From Cirrosporium novae-zelandiae (Eukaryota): a DNA stretch of 64,000 nt. Below, piece after piece: positions 52,617-64,000 of the stretch. The position numbers and the translations under genes were made by a program. The stretch's first letter is position 1. Each line of letters starts with the position of its first letter. Location of the stretch: positions 62,001 to 126,000 of the forward strand of contig JAPETS010000050.1 in NCBI GenBank assembly GCA_026023565.1, read 5' to 3'. The notes under the pieces are model-generated. The model was not told the origin of the DNA, searched no databases, and saw only the letters and a program-made list of their open reading frames with translations.

Positions 52617-55600
52617 ATGCCGTATCTCGGAAGCTCTGGGAGTTCCGGAATATCTACCCCCGCAACAGAAACCATACGAAATGGTCAAGATGTCGCCATC
52701 ATAGGACTTGCATGCCGGCTGCCTGGTGACGCGACGGACGCAGAAGCTTTCTGGGAACTTCTATGCTCGGCACGATGTAAGTGACCCTCATGACCGACTC
52801 TTCACTCCAAGAGTCCAAGTGAAGCTATCTAGCTACACAAACTCTAACACAACCCACAGCTGCATATTCAGATACAGATCGATTTAATGCCGATGGGTTT
52901 CAGGATAACGGAACTGGAAAGCTTAACTCTAGCGCAACGCGAGGGGGGCACTTTTTGCGCCAGAACGTTGCTGCATTTGATGCGAGTTTCTTTAGTATCT
53001 CGCGTAATGAGGCGTTGGCGATAGATCCTCAGCAGAGAATTATGCTGGAGGTTGCGTACGAGGCTTTTGAGAATGCGGGTGTGCCAATTGAAGCGGTTGC
53101 GGGGAGTCAGACCGGGTGTTTTGTGGGCAATTTCACTACGGATTATAGAGAAATGCTCTTCAAGGATCCAGAGGCTGCTCCACTGTATACTGTAACTGGG
53201 ACTGGCTCATCATTGGTCTCAAACAGGGTGTCCTGGTTCTATGATCTCAAGGGCCCTAGTTTCACGGTCAATACCGCCTGCTCGTCAAGTCTCGTTGCTC
53301 TACACAGTGCATGTCAGAGTCTTCAGTCAGGAGAATCAAGCATGGCAATTGTTGGTGGATCAAATCTGATCCTGAGTCCTGAGATGTTCATGTTTTTCAC
53401 GAACCAGAATTTTCTCTCCAAAGATGGACTCTGCAAGAGCTTTGATGCGTCTGGCAATGGATATAGTCGTGGTGACGGTGTCGCTGCGATAATCCTAAAG
53501 CCAGTCGATGATGCCATCCGCGATGGGGATCCCATTCGAGCCATTATTCGCGGTACTGGAGTGAATCAGAATGGAAAGAATAAGGGAATTACCCTACCTA
53601 GCGCTCAGGCTCAAGCGGATTTGATCCGTTCGACATATCAATCGGCGGGATTAGATTTCAAGGATACTAATTTTGTCGAGGCCCATGTAAGCTCTGAATT
53701 ATTTCATATGCTTCATGTACTAAAGCTTACGATTTCTAGGGTACTGGGACCAAGGCAGGCGATCCTTTGGAGCTGGAGGCCATGGCAAAGACACTAACAA
53801 CAGTCCGGGGGCCCCAAAATAAACTTATAGTTGGGTCAGCAAAAGCGAATGTACGTTTAAAAATCTATTCGAGGTTTGATAGAGGAACAATACTGACGGA
53901 CATACTTTTAGATCGGCCATACAGAAGCCACGGCAGGTCTGGCCGGGGTCATCAAAGGAATTTATATGCTCGAAAATGGCATCATCCCACCAAATATTCA
54001 TTTCCACAAAGGCAATCCCGCAATTCCGTTCGATGAATGGAAGATGATGATCCCGACGAAGCTCATGCCTTGGCCGACCAGCGGCATACGACGTTTAAGT
54101 GTAAGTAATTCAAACCTTGTAGGGCCGAGTTCAAAGAGTGCTTTGTACTAACGTTTCTACCCCCTCGCAGGTCAATTCATTTGGTTACAGTGGAACAAAT
54201 GCTCACGCCATACTCGACGATGCTTTTTCCTACTTGAAAGCTAGGAGACTGAAAGGGGTTCATTTCACTCGCCCGTCTACGTCCACAAGTTCACGCGGAC
54301 TTCCAAGATCTACGGGAAGTCTATGGATGCCTGCCACTAACAGGCTCGATTCGATCAAAACGAACGGACTCAAAAGCCGGATGATGACTAGATTGTTTGT
54401 ACTCAGCGCTCAAGACCAGGACGGGATAAATAGACAAAAAGAGTCGTTTGCCAAGTATTTCCGAGGGCTATCTCTTCAAAGTGAATCCGCAAAGGATAAA
54501 GATGAATACCTCCGCGATTTGGCTTTTACGCTCAGCGAGAAACGATCACGCCTGTCGTGGAAATCATACGTCACCGCTTCATCTCTCGAAGAGCTTTCAT
54601 CCAAATTGGAGGATAAGCACTCCGATTCACTTACTTGCCGGTCAATTCACGAACCCAGGGTTGGATTTATCTTCACTGGACAAGGTGCTCAATGGGCCAA
54701 AATGGGAATTGAGCTTTGTCAGTACTCTGTCTTCCGGAAGAGCGTTGAACAGGCGGATGAATACCTTCGGTCTAATCTTGGATGTACATGGTCTACCGTG
54801 CAAGAATTGCATTGTGAGGAATCCGACTCGAATATTAACCTTCCTACGTACAGTCAACCAATATGTACGATCCTCCAAGTTGCTCTCGTCGATTTGCTCG
54901 AGAGTTGGAACATCACGCCTTGTGCAATGGCCGGCCACTCCAGCGGTGAGATCGCAGGTGCATATTGTTTAGGTGCCCTGTCAAAGGAGGATGCTTGGAA
55001 GATAGCTTACTATCGTGGACTGCTATCTTCGCAGATGCACGCCCACTCACCAGGGCTTGAAGGAGCCATGATGGCTGTTGGAGCGTCTGAGTTCGAGGCA
55101 GAGAACTGGATATCGCGAGTTACTCGTGGTAAAGTGGTGGTAGCATGCGTCAATTCACCTTCCAGTGTCACGATATCTGGCGATGCACCCGGCATTGAAG
55201 AGCTCCATGCCATGTTGAAGAAAGAAGACATTTTCGCAAGGAAATTAAAGGTAGAGACCGCATATCACTCGCATCACATGAACATGATAGCAGCGCCCTA
55301 CCTGCAAGCAATCCATGATATTCAACCTATGCCAGCTCGGGGGTCTCGGAAGATGTACTCTGCTGTGTCTGGTGGTTTGGCAGATGCCACCGAGTTAGGA
55401 CCTGTCAACTGGGTGCGGAATCTAGTTTCCCCAGTACAGTTTTCGGATGCTGTCTATGAACTTCTACGTCCAATCAAGCTTGGGAAGCGAACCACCGAGA
55501 CTGCTGTTGATATTTTACTTGAGGTTGGGCCACACTCTGCGCTTCAAGGTCCTGTGAAACAGATTATGAAAGAGTATGGCATCAGCGGCGTCGACTACCG

Positions 55601-58600
55601 ATCAGTTCTGTTGCGAGGACGAAATGGGATCAACACAGCGCTAGATGCAGCAGGAGCGTTATTCGCCAATGGCGTTGGCGTGGATATCAGTAAAGTCAAT
55701 AGTGGCACGGGTTATGCTCTCAATGACGTGCCAAGTCCACTAGTTAATCTTCCTTCATATCGCTGGAACCATTCTCGGACTTATTGGGGAGAGTCTCGCA
55801 TTGCCAAACAATATCGTACACGGGAGCACCCACAGTTGAGCCTACTTGGAGCTCCATGCCCTACCATGGGAGAAAATGAGCGGCTGTGGAGAGGATTTTT
55901 ACGGATGTCTGAAGAGCAATGGGTTAAAGACCACAAGATTCAGAGCTCTGTCCTGTACCCTGCTGCAGGATATATAGCCATGGCTATCGAAGCCGCTTGC
56001 CAGATCGCTGAAAAAGGCCGTGTGGTCAGAGACTTTAGACTTCGAGACATTCAGATCAACGCAGCTGCAATGGTGACAGAAGATTGTGATCTGGAATGCG
56101 TTTTCCAGTTTCGGCCTCACCTGATTGCTACGCGAGACAAGTCTTCTACTTGGCTGGAATTTACTGTTTCGACGTGTGCCGATGGTCAAGATTTGCGACA
56201 AAACTGTTCTGGTCTCTTACTCGTTGAATACGAATCTCAAGATGGTTCAGCAATGAGCATTGAGAGGCAACTAGGAGATCAAGCGGCCAAGGATCAATAT
56301 TATCAAGCCGAAGAGGTTTGCGAGACTTCCGAAGACCCTCAAGAATTTTACAAGGAACTGGCGTCTCTAGGTTTGGTGTATGGTCCGGCTTTCCAGAAGA
56401 TATCGCGGATTCGTAAAGGGACAGGGAAAAGCTGCTGTGTCGTTGAGACTTTTAACCCAGAGGTCCCTATCTCAGCAGACAGACCACATATCATACACCC
56501 TGCAACCCTAGATGCCATGTTTCACGCTGTCTTTGCAGCCTTCAAGGGAGATGGTGGTTTACTGAAAGAAGCAATGGTACCAAAATCCATTGATGAAGTG
56601 ATCGTTTCAGCACAGGCACCTTATGAAAACGGAACCCGATTTAAAGGCTTTTCCGATGCAGAAAAGCATGGGTTCCGGGAGCTCATGGCCGATCTAGTCA
56701 TGTTAGACGAGAAGACGATGAAACCATCGGTGACAGTGAAAGGCTTCTGCTGTGCTGCCGTCTCAGGCATGGGCGACCCTACCGATGAAGCGTCGGAGGA
56801 AACGGCTAAAAGTTTCTGCAGCAAGCTGGTCTGGACGCCGGCTCTAGAGTTGTTGTCATCGGATCAAGAGCGCCAGTTGATCAACGCAGCGGCCCCTGGA
56901 GACTTGTCTCCTGAGATGGCGAGGAAGATTGAGGAGTCAGAACTGATGGCTTTTATATTTATTCGCCGGGCTATCGAGAACGTTTCCCTAGATATGGTCC
57001 CAACGGAGCCGCTAAAAGCCTTGTATGAATGGATGCAGGAGCAATTGGCTTTGGCGAGCATACATGCTCATCCCCTGCAAGCTGTTATGGAAGATTGGCA
57101 GAGTACAGACAAAGAAACAGAAGAAGCTCTCGAAAAGGAAGTTGAAGCTGACGGCACCGAAGGAGAGGCTTTGTGCCGAGTCGGTAGAAATCTTGAAAAA
57201 GTCCTGTGTGGGGAAGTAGATCCGATGCAGCTCCTTGCCGACAAAGATTTGTTAGATGGAGGTTTTGTTGACATGAAGGGGATGAAGGAGTGCTTGACAA
57301 AGATCAGCGAGGTAATTTCCTATCTTGTGACGAGATATTTCATGCAACTAACAGATCTTAGCTCGTCAACTTGATGGCGAATATCCGCCCAGGTCTTTCC
57401 ATCTTAGAGATTGGTACCGGAAATGGGGGAGTAGCACCAGCAGTACTCTCGTCTTTGTCCAAATTTTTAGATGGAGTTACCAAACCTATCGAGTATACTT
57501 TTTCGTGTTCGAATGCAGCCACCCTGCAAAAGGCTGAGGGACATCTTCAAGAATTTAAAGACCGTGTTAAATTCAAAGTCCTCGATTTTGAGAAAAACCC
57601 CGCCGATCAGGGATTCGAAAATGGGACTTACGACATCATCCTAACTTGCAATGCGATTGTAGCCGTCCAGAATCTGGAACAGGCCTTGCATAGAACACAA
57701 AAACTTCTGAAACCAGGAGGCAAATTCTGTGCCCTGAAGGTAACAGACCCAGGATTAAGACTTGGTATGACACTAGGATGTCTGCCTAACTGGTGGGCGT
57801 AAGTATTCTCAAAGCTTTTCTGCATTAAGTTTACTAATTTTATTTAATAGCAAAGAGCAAGCGGGACGGCTTCATGGCCTTGTAGACATTCAAGCGCGTG
57901 AGGCCCTTCTCAGAAACAAGAAATTCGATTTCGGCTTCATCGAGAGAGATTTTGAAGATTGGAGATATCAACAGCTCAGTTTGATAATCTCAACTGTAGA
58001 AGAAAGCCAGAAGCCAACTCCACATAGTGATGAAGTAGTTATTCTCGAGGCTCCTGGTATGTCCCCTAACGTCAAGGCCTTGAGCTCCCAGCTAGTATCC
58101 GAGCTCAAGCATCGTTCTGTCACCATAAACAAGGTGGCATGGGGCAATGACCTATCTTTACTGAAGGACAAGCGATGCATTTCTCTTCTAGAGCTTGAGA
58201 AACCCGTCCTTTCAAGTTTGAGTGCCACGGACTTTGCAACAATCCAAAGCTTGATCCTAGAATGCTCAAGTCTATTATGGATTTCCTCGTCTGGTGATCC
58301 ATCCGGCAGTCTAGCATCCGGAATGGCTCGAAGCATCAGGAACGAAATTCCTGATATGCAATTCCGCACCCTACAAATTCAGCCAAAGTCTCTAGATTCG
58401 CCTAACCTCCTAGCTCCAGCCATCGCACGGCTTGCTACAATCTCTACGGCAGATGATGAATTCATCGAGGAAGATGGAATTCTAAAAGTGTCTCGCGTCA
58501 TTGAGGATACTCCAATGAACAAACATATGTCCTCGTCGTTGTCCGAGGGCACAGAAATTATCGAGTCCATGTCTTTGAAGCAGTCAAATAGTCCCCAAAA

Positions 58601-60814
58601 GCTCGCGATACAGAATCAGGGAATGCTTGACACGCTCTGCTATGAAGCAGATGAAGTTCCCTCACAACCGCTCGGCGACGATGATGTCGAAATAAAGGTC
58701 AAAGCTACTGGGTTGAAGTAAGTATATCTCGATGTATTCTCTTATTTAATGAGCTAACATCCTCTAGCTTCCGTGACATAATGGTAGCAATGGGTCACAT
58801 ACCCGACAGTCTACTAGGCTTTGAGGCCAGTGGAGTTATCGCTCGTATTGGTAGTAATGTTACTAAATTCAAGGTCGGTGATCACGTTTGCACGTTGGGC
58901 CATGGTGCCCATAGATCCGTCTTCCGAAACAATGAGGCATTTGTTCAACTTGTCCCAGAGGGCTTGTCTTTCGAAGAGGCTTCCACTTTACCTTTAGTTC
59001 ACTGCACAGCCTACAATGCGCTCGTTCGTATCGCACGTGCAGAACCAGGACAAACAGTTTTGATCCATGCCGCTGCTGGTGGCGTAGGGCAAGTTGCTAT
59101 CCAGATAGCAAAACACATTGGGATGGAAATATTTGCAACGGTAGGCTCTCCTGACAAGCGAAAGTTGATCCAGGATGTCTATGGCATACCTGACGATCAC
59201 ATCTTTGCATCTCGAGATGTGAGCTTTGCTAAAGGTGTCATGCGAATGACTCATGGACGAGGTGTTGATGTTGTGCTCAATTCCTTGTCTGGAGAAGCTC
59301 TAAGACAGACCTGGAATTGTATTGCGCCTTTTGGGACATTTATTGAGATTGGCATGAAAGATATTCTGGGAAATACTGGCCTGGACATGCGTCCGTTCTT
59401 GCAAGACGCCACCTTTGCGTTCTTCAACTTGAGCCACGTACTGAGAGCAAACCCAAAGCTCATGGAACGCATCATTCAAGGTGCTTTCGATTTCTTGCGT
59501 CAGGGTATTACAAAGCCAGTCTCACCATTGACGGTCTATCCAATTTCCCAAGTCGAAAACGCATTTCGTCTCATGCAGACCGGCAAACATCGAGGAAAGA
59601 TTGCCTTGTCATGGGACGAGAATGAAGTTGTGCCAATTGTACGAACCGTCGGCGACTCCCTTAAGTTGGACAGCAATGCAACCTACGTCCTTGTCGGAGG
59701 ACTTGGTGGGCTGGGACGAAGTCTTGCCAACCTTTTCGTCGACCACGGCGCTCGCTATCTATGCTTTATCTCGCGATCTGGAGACACGTCAAAACAAGCT
59801 CAAAAGCTAGTTCAGGACCTTGAGAAAAGACAAGTCTTTGTTAGAGTCTACCGCTGCGACATTGCCGACGAGGAGAGCCTAGCTGAGACCATCATCCAAT
59901 GCTCCCAGGAGCTCCCACCCATACGCGGCATGGTCCAGTGCGCAATGGTCCTTCGCGACGTCTTATTTGAAAAGATGACGTATCAGCAGTGGACCGAATC
60001 TCTACGTCCCAAAGTTGATGGCAGTTGGAACCTACACTCTCTCCTCCCAGAAGACCTCGACTTTTTCATAATCCTCAGCTCCTTCGCCGGCATCTTCGGC
60101 AACCGCAGCCAAAGCAATTATGCTGCAGCTGGCGCATACGAAGACGCCCTAGCCCACTATCGCCATTCACAAGGTCTCAAAGCCGTAACCCTCGACCTCG
60201 GAGTTATGCGAGACGTCGGTGTCATCGCCGAACAGGGTGCAACAGACTACCTCAAGGAATGGGAAGAACCCTTTGGAATCCGCGAGCTCGAGCTTCACGA
60301 TCTGATCAAGAAAACAATCACCAGCCAAGCCGCCGACGACGGGGACATCCCACCCCAGATCCTCACGGGATTTGCCACAGGCGGTGCCGCTCACGCAGCT
60401 TCGATCCGTCGCCCCCTCTATTTCGACGACGCGAGGTTCTCAATCCTAGCCAAGACGGGCCTAGGCGCAGCTCAAAGCAGCGGGGCAGCATCCGGATCCA
60501 AATCCATCTCCCTTCAAGACCAGCTAGCCCATGCGGAATCCCTGGCAGATGCCACAGCCGTCGTTATAGAAGCACTGGTTAACAAGGTCGCTAAATCCCT
60601 ACAAACATCGCCGTCTGAAATCGACCCTGCACGTCCGCTCCACTCATACGGCGTGGACTCTCTCGTCGCAGTCGAGATCCGAACCTGGATTTTCAAGGAC
60701 CTCAAGTCCAACGTTTCTCTGTTTGATGTCCTGTCCGCGGTTCCAATTTCAGCGCTGGCGGAGAAAATTGCGGGGGTGAGTAAGTTGTTGGCGGAAGGGG
60801 TGGCTGGGAAGTGA
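52617..60814 (+). CDS. Highly reducing iterative type I polyketide synthase, KS-AT-DH-pseudo(cMT)-ER-KR-ACP, 8 exons
   Basis: KS: TACSSS, EAHGTGT, GHTEA. AT: GHSSGE, AYHS. DH: DHKIQSSVLYP, HPATLD. Degenerate MT: LEIGTGNGG. ER: LIHAAAGGVG. KR: GGLGGLG, LRD, NYAAA. ACP: YGVDSLVAVE. Seven introns splice in frame by my reading. Confidence 0.96.
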
Positions 60815-61658
60815 ATTAATAATAACTTGGATGATGGATGGATAGATTTCATAATGTGTGGTTTTGTATTTATTGTATGTTTCTTAGTTGTTTTTTATAA
60901 TAGATGTTATTGTGTGGATAGATTCAATATGATAATAGCGTTCTTTTTAAAAAAAAATATATTAACCGCCATCAACCATTATTCAGTATAATTTCTAAAT
61001 GATTTTATCCAACTGCATAATTACTCGAGATATAACTAGCTAGCTATCCTAGGCTTAAGTAGCCGCCGCATTGGCCCTTCAACCTCATCGTCCCAGCCTC
61101 ATTTCTCTATACGTTTCATTCCAGCAATCAGATATATCCTCCCCCCTTCAACCAATAACATCAAGTAATTTTTTTATTCCCATTCCGCATGAGCAACAAG
61201 CTTGAACCACATCTACAACACCATCTTTCACTCTTCTTTCCCTCCTCCTCCTCCTCTCAAATTAACATCCCACATCAATCAACCAATCAAGCATTTAAAC
61301 CAAATCGCATTTTTCTTCCTCATCCCATCAGATTCTCCTGAAGTGTGGTCGTGGACTACCTGCCCCCTCCTCCCCCCGAACATACATGTACAACACCCAC
61401 TAAAGAATTGACACTTGACAAATTCATAACATCTTCCCCCTTTCTCTTCCCTTCTCGTCCTTTCCTTTATATCTCTCTCTCTCTTTCTATTAGCGTCTAG
61501 ACTAAACACACACTTATTATGCAACAAACAAACAAAAATAAAAATAAAAAATAAAAGCATCTTTCAAGTGTTAAAAGTATTCAAGTTATGGATTATGGAT
61601 TATGGGTTTGTGAGTCCTTGGTTTTTGGTCTTGTTTCTTCTTGTCTTATCTTCGGTAC

Positions 61659-61698
61659 GGATATGGATATAGATATGGATGTGGATGTGGATTTGGAT
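61659..61698. repeat. Degenerate hexanucleotide repeat (GGATAT/GGATGT)n
   Basis: ggatatggatatagatatggatgtggatgtggatttggat. Confidence 0.7.
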
Positions 61699-62865
61699 GA
61701 CGTCTTGGTTGGTTGCTGGTTATTGGGCAAGTAGAACTTTGCTATCTATCTATCCATCTAGGTATCTAGAAGGTAGAAGGTGTGGTGTTCACTTGTACTG
61801 TACGGGTCACCTAGGGTAGGGTCTTAGTGACAAGCCGCAATATCTACGCATGCCTTAGGCACCCACCCATCCAATCCATGCATCCATCCATTCATGCATC
61901 CATTACATGCAGTTCAGTCCCTCCCTCACACAACATAACCTCAACTAATTATACCTCCCATCCCATTTTTTTACTAATTACAAAACATATTTCCCTATTT
62001 CCCTATTTCCCATCTTTTCTCTCCTTAACTTAAACACCTCTCCCCCCTCTCCTTTTTTTTTCTAATAAAAATAAAACCAATTCCGACAGTAACTGGTGCG
62101 GATGGGAACACAAGGGTGCACGGGCAAAACCATTGTCATTGATTATTGGTATTAGCGGAGTTTGTTTAGGTAAAGGAGAGGAGAGGAGAGGAGGGGGAGA
62201 AAAGAAGGCAAAAACCATGCTTCAATGAAGTTGGAATGAGAGAAAATGGGATAAGAGGATTTTTGATTGAATATGGGTATTTGGTATTTGTGTATAAAGC
62301 TGCGGACACTCTCTACCTAGTCTACTGTACAATATATAATTACCGTTTCCGAATCCCCCCCAAAAAATATACCGACCAGTTTAGTCTAGTTAGACTTTGG
62401 TAATTTAAACTCACAAAAAGCTAAGCCCCGTTGGGTTGGGAAGGGAAGGGGGGAACAAATCAAGTTTCGCTTAAACGCCGAAAAAAGCTCCCTCCGTCCC
62501 ACGTTGAACGCGCCCTAAAGCCTAAACATTAAAGCTAAACCGTAAAATAACTGTGTGTGTGGCATAATATTCTCGAGAAATGGCATAAGAGAGAAAGTTG
62601 GGTGGATCCCCCCCCCCTCCCCGGAATTGATAGGTTAGTTTTCCTTTTTCCTTAGAAATTGCTTTGTGAGAAAAAGAAAAAAAATAGTGCAAGCTTCTTG
62701 GAAAAGCACGCGATTAATTCAAATCTCGTGTTCCATGGTTCGGAAAGATAGAAATGGGCCAAATGTAAAATGAAATGCCCCCCTGATGACGGCCCTGGCG
62801 GCTTTGGTACGGAATCAATTTTTTTTTTATTTTTTTTTAATTCTTCGAAATGGTATCGGATAGGA

Positions 62866-64000
62866 TCATGACCCTCCTAGAAGGGGACCTTCACTCTTCT
62901 CATCTTCTTCAAACAAGAAAGATTCTAGCTTCGCAGTCACCCTTCCGCACCAGGAATCGACATAGGTCGTCCAGGCCCACGCGCAGCAATACACAAGTAC
63001 GACCCAGATTGGTATACAGATGATGAATCTCCAAGGTCCTCCTTGAGGTAGATATGCGACAGGGACTTCTTCGCCCGCCTCGTTCGTTGTCATTTCCCAC
63101 GGTTGTCCCGAGACTCCATAGATCATCCAGACAAAAACAATACGAAGGAGTGTTCCATGTACAAGGTAGACAGCGAAGCTGTTCTTGCCTAGCCAAAGAA
63201 AGTATTTGGTGGACAGAAAATCCTTGGCAATGCTAGACATGAACACAGAGAGGATCATCAGGTTAACTCCAAGGCCAGTAAAGCGTTTCGGCATGGATGG
63301 TACGAGCTCGGGGAAAATGTAGTGGGATAGAGCTTCGAGTTGGCGGGACCATGTGGCCCATTCGGGAAAGTCTTGAGGGTAAGATGAGAGGTAGAGGCCA
63401 AGACCTAGGGGAACGATAGCTGCGATGTTGAGAGCAACGCGGTGCTTTGACATCCACTGCTGCGCGGCAAAGTGTTGAGACATGTCACAAAGGAACATGG
63501 CAAGCATTAACTGTACGCCAAATTCCCCTAAAGCACGATTAGCACGTACGAGAGTAGTCGAACTGGATATACTTACCACTGTCGGGATGTGTATTCTGCC
63601 AAAAGTACATGTACATGCCAGTATATACGGCCAAACGAGCATAATATTTCATGAACATTGTCGCAACAAGAACCACATATACTTCGAATGCGCTCTTTAA
63701 GAAATGGATCAAGGCCCACTGGTGGTCGTCATATGGCATCCATCCGGTAGTCCAAGTAGAGAGGAAAACCTTCCAAAGCTGTACAAGAGCTTCCCAGACG
63801 TTGGGAGCAGGTTCAGGGCTCGAATAGCGCATCCAGCCAGAGTCGCATCTGTTGGCTACGGTGTAAGCTCCAAACTGGCATAGCATCCATGATGTGATCA
63901 AAATAATCGTTGCAGGAATGATCAGTCGAGGTGGACGGCGGAAAGCACTTTTTGCTATTGAGGTAAAGGCTGCATATTTATTTCCAGCTCGCGCAAGCTT
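62866..64000 (-). CDS. Membrane acyltransferase-3 family protein, C-terminal part; 5' end lies outside the window
   Basis: Exons contain SAFRRPPRLIIP, YDDHQWAL, LGLYLSSYP and WLGKNSFAVYLVHG, with multiple hydrophobic segments. Intron at ~63526-63576 (GTAAGT...CTAAT...TAG). Confidence 0.8.

Noticed and set aside
31602..60814. Naming the cluster as zearalenone, hypothemycin, radicicol, grayanic acid or nornidulin
   Set aside because: Gene content and NR-PKS architecture do not fully match any of these as I recall them, and identity cannot be established without a database search.

Overview
Intron-containing filamentous-ascomycete (Pezizomycotina-type) genomic DNA with GT..AG introns and CTAAC/CTGAC branch sites. 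The left ~28 kb holds housekeeping genes: GMP synthase (partial), a small conserved protein, Rab6/Ypt6, SPX-ankyrin glycerophosphodiesterase Gde1, Rio2 kinase, proteasome subunit Rpn1, a low-complexity protein and a Cdc11/Nud1/SepK-like LRR scaffold. Two short solo LTRs with intact target-site duplications lie between these genes. After a repeat-rich spacer (~28.9-31.4 kb) comes an apparently intact ~29 kb dual-PKS biosynthetic gene cluster. It contains a non-reducing PKS (SAT-KS-AT-PT-ACP-ACP-TE), an O-methyltransferase, a TPT/nucleotide-sugar transporter, an MFS efflux pump, a P450 with a non-canonical I-helix and a highly reducing PKS (KS-AT-DH-dead cMT-ER-KR-ACP). A partial acyltransferase-3 gene ends the window. 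The cluster pairs an HR-PKS resembling those of resorcylic-acid-lactone pathways with an NR-PKS/P450/OMT set resembling depside/depsidone pathways, and is the best candidate for an undescribed system. All exon boundaries and family assignments were made by eye; no database search was run.
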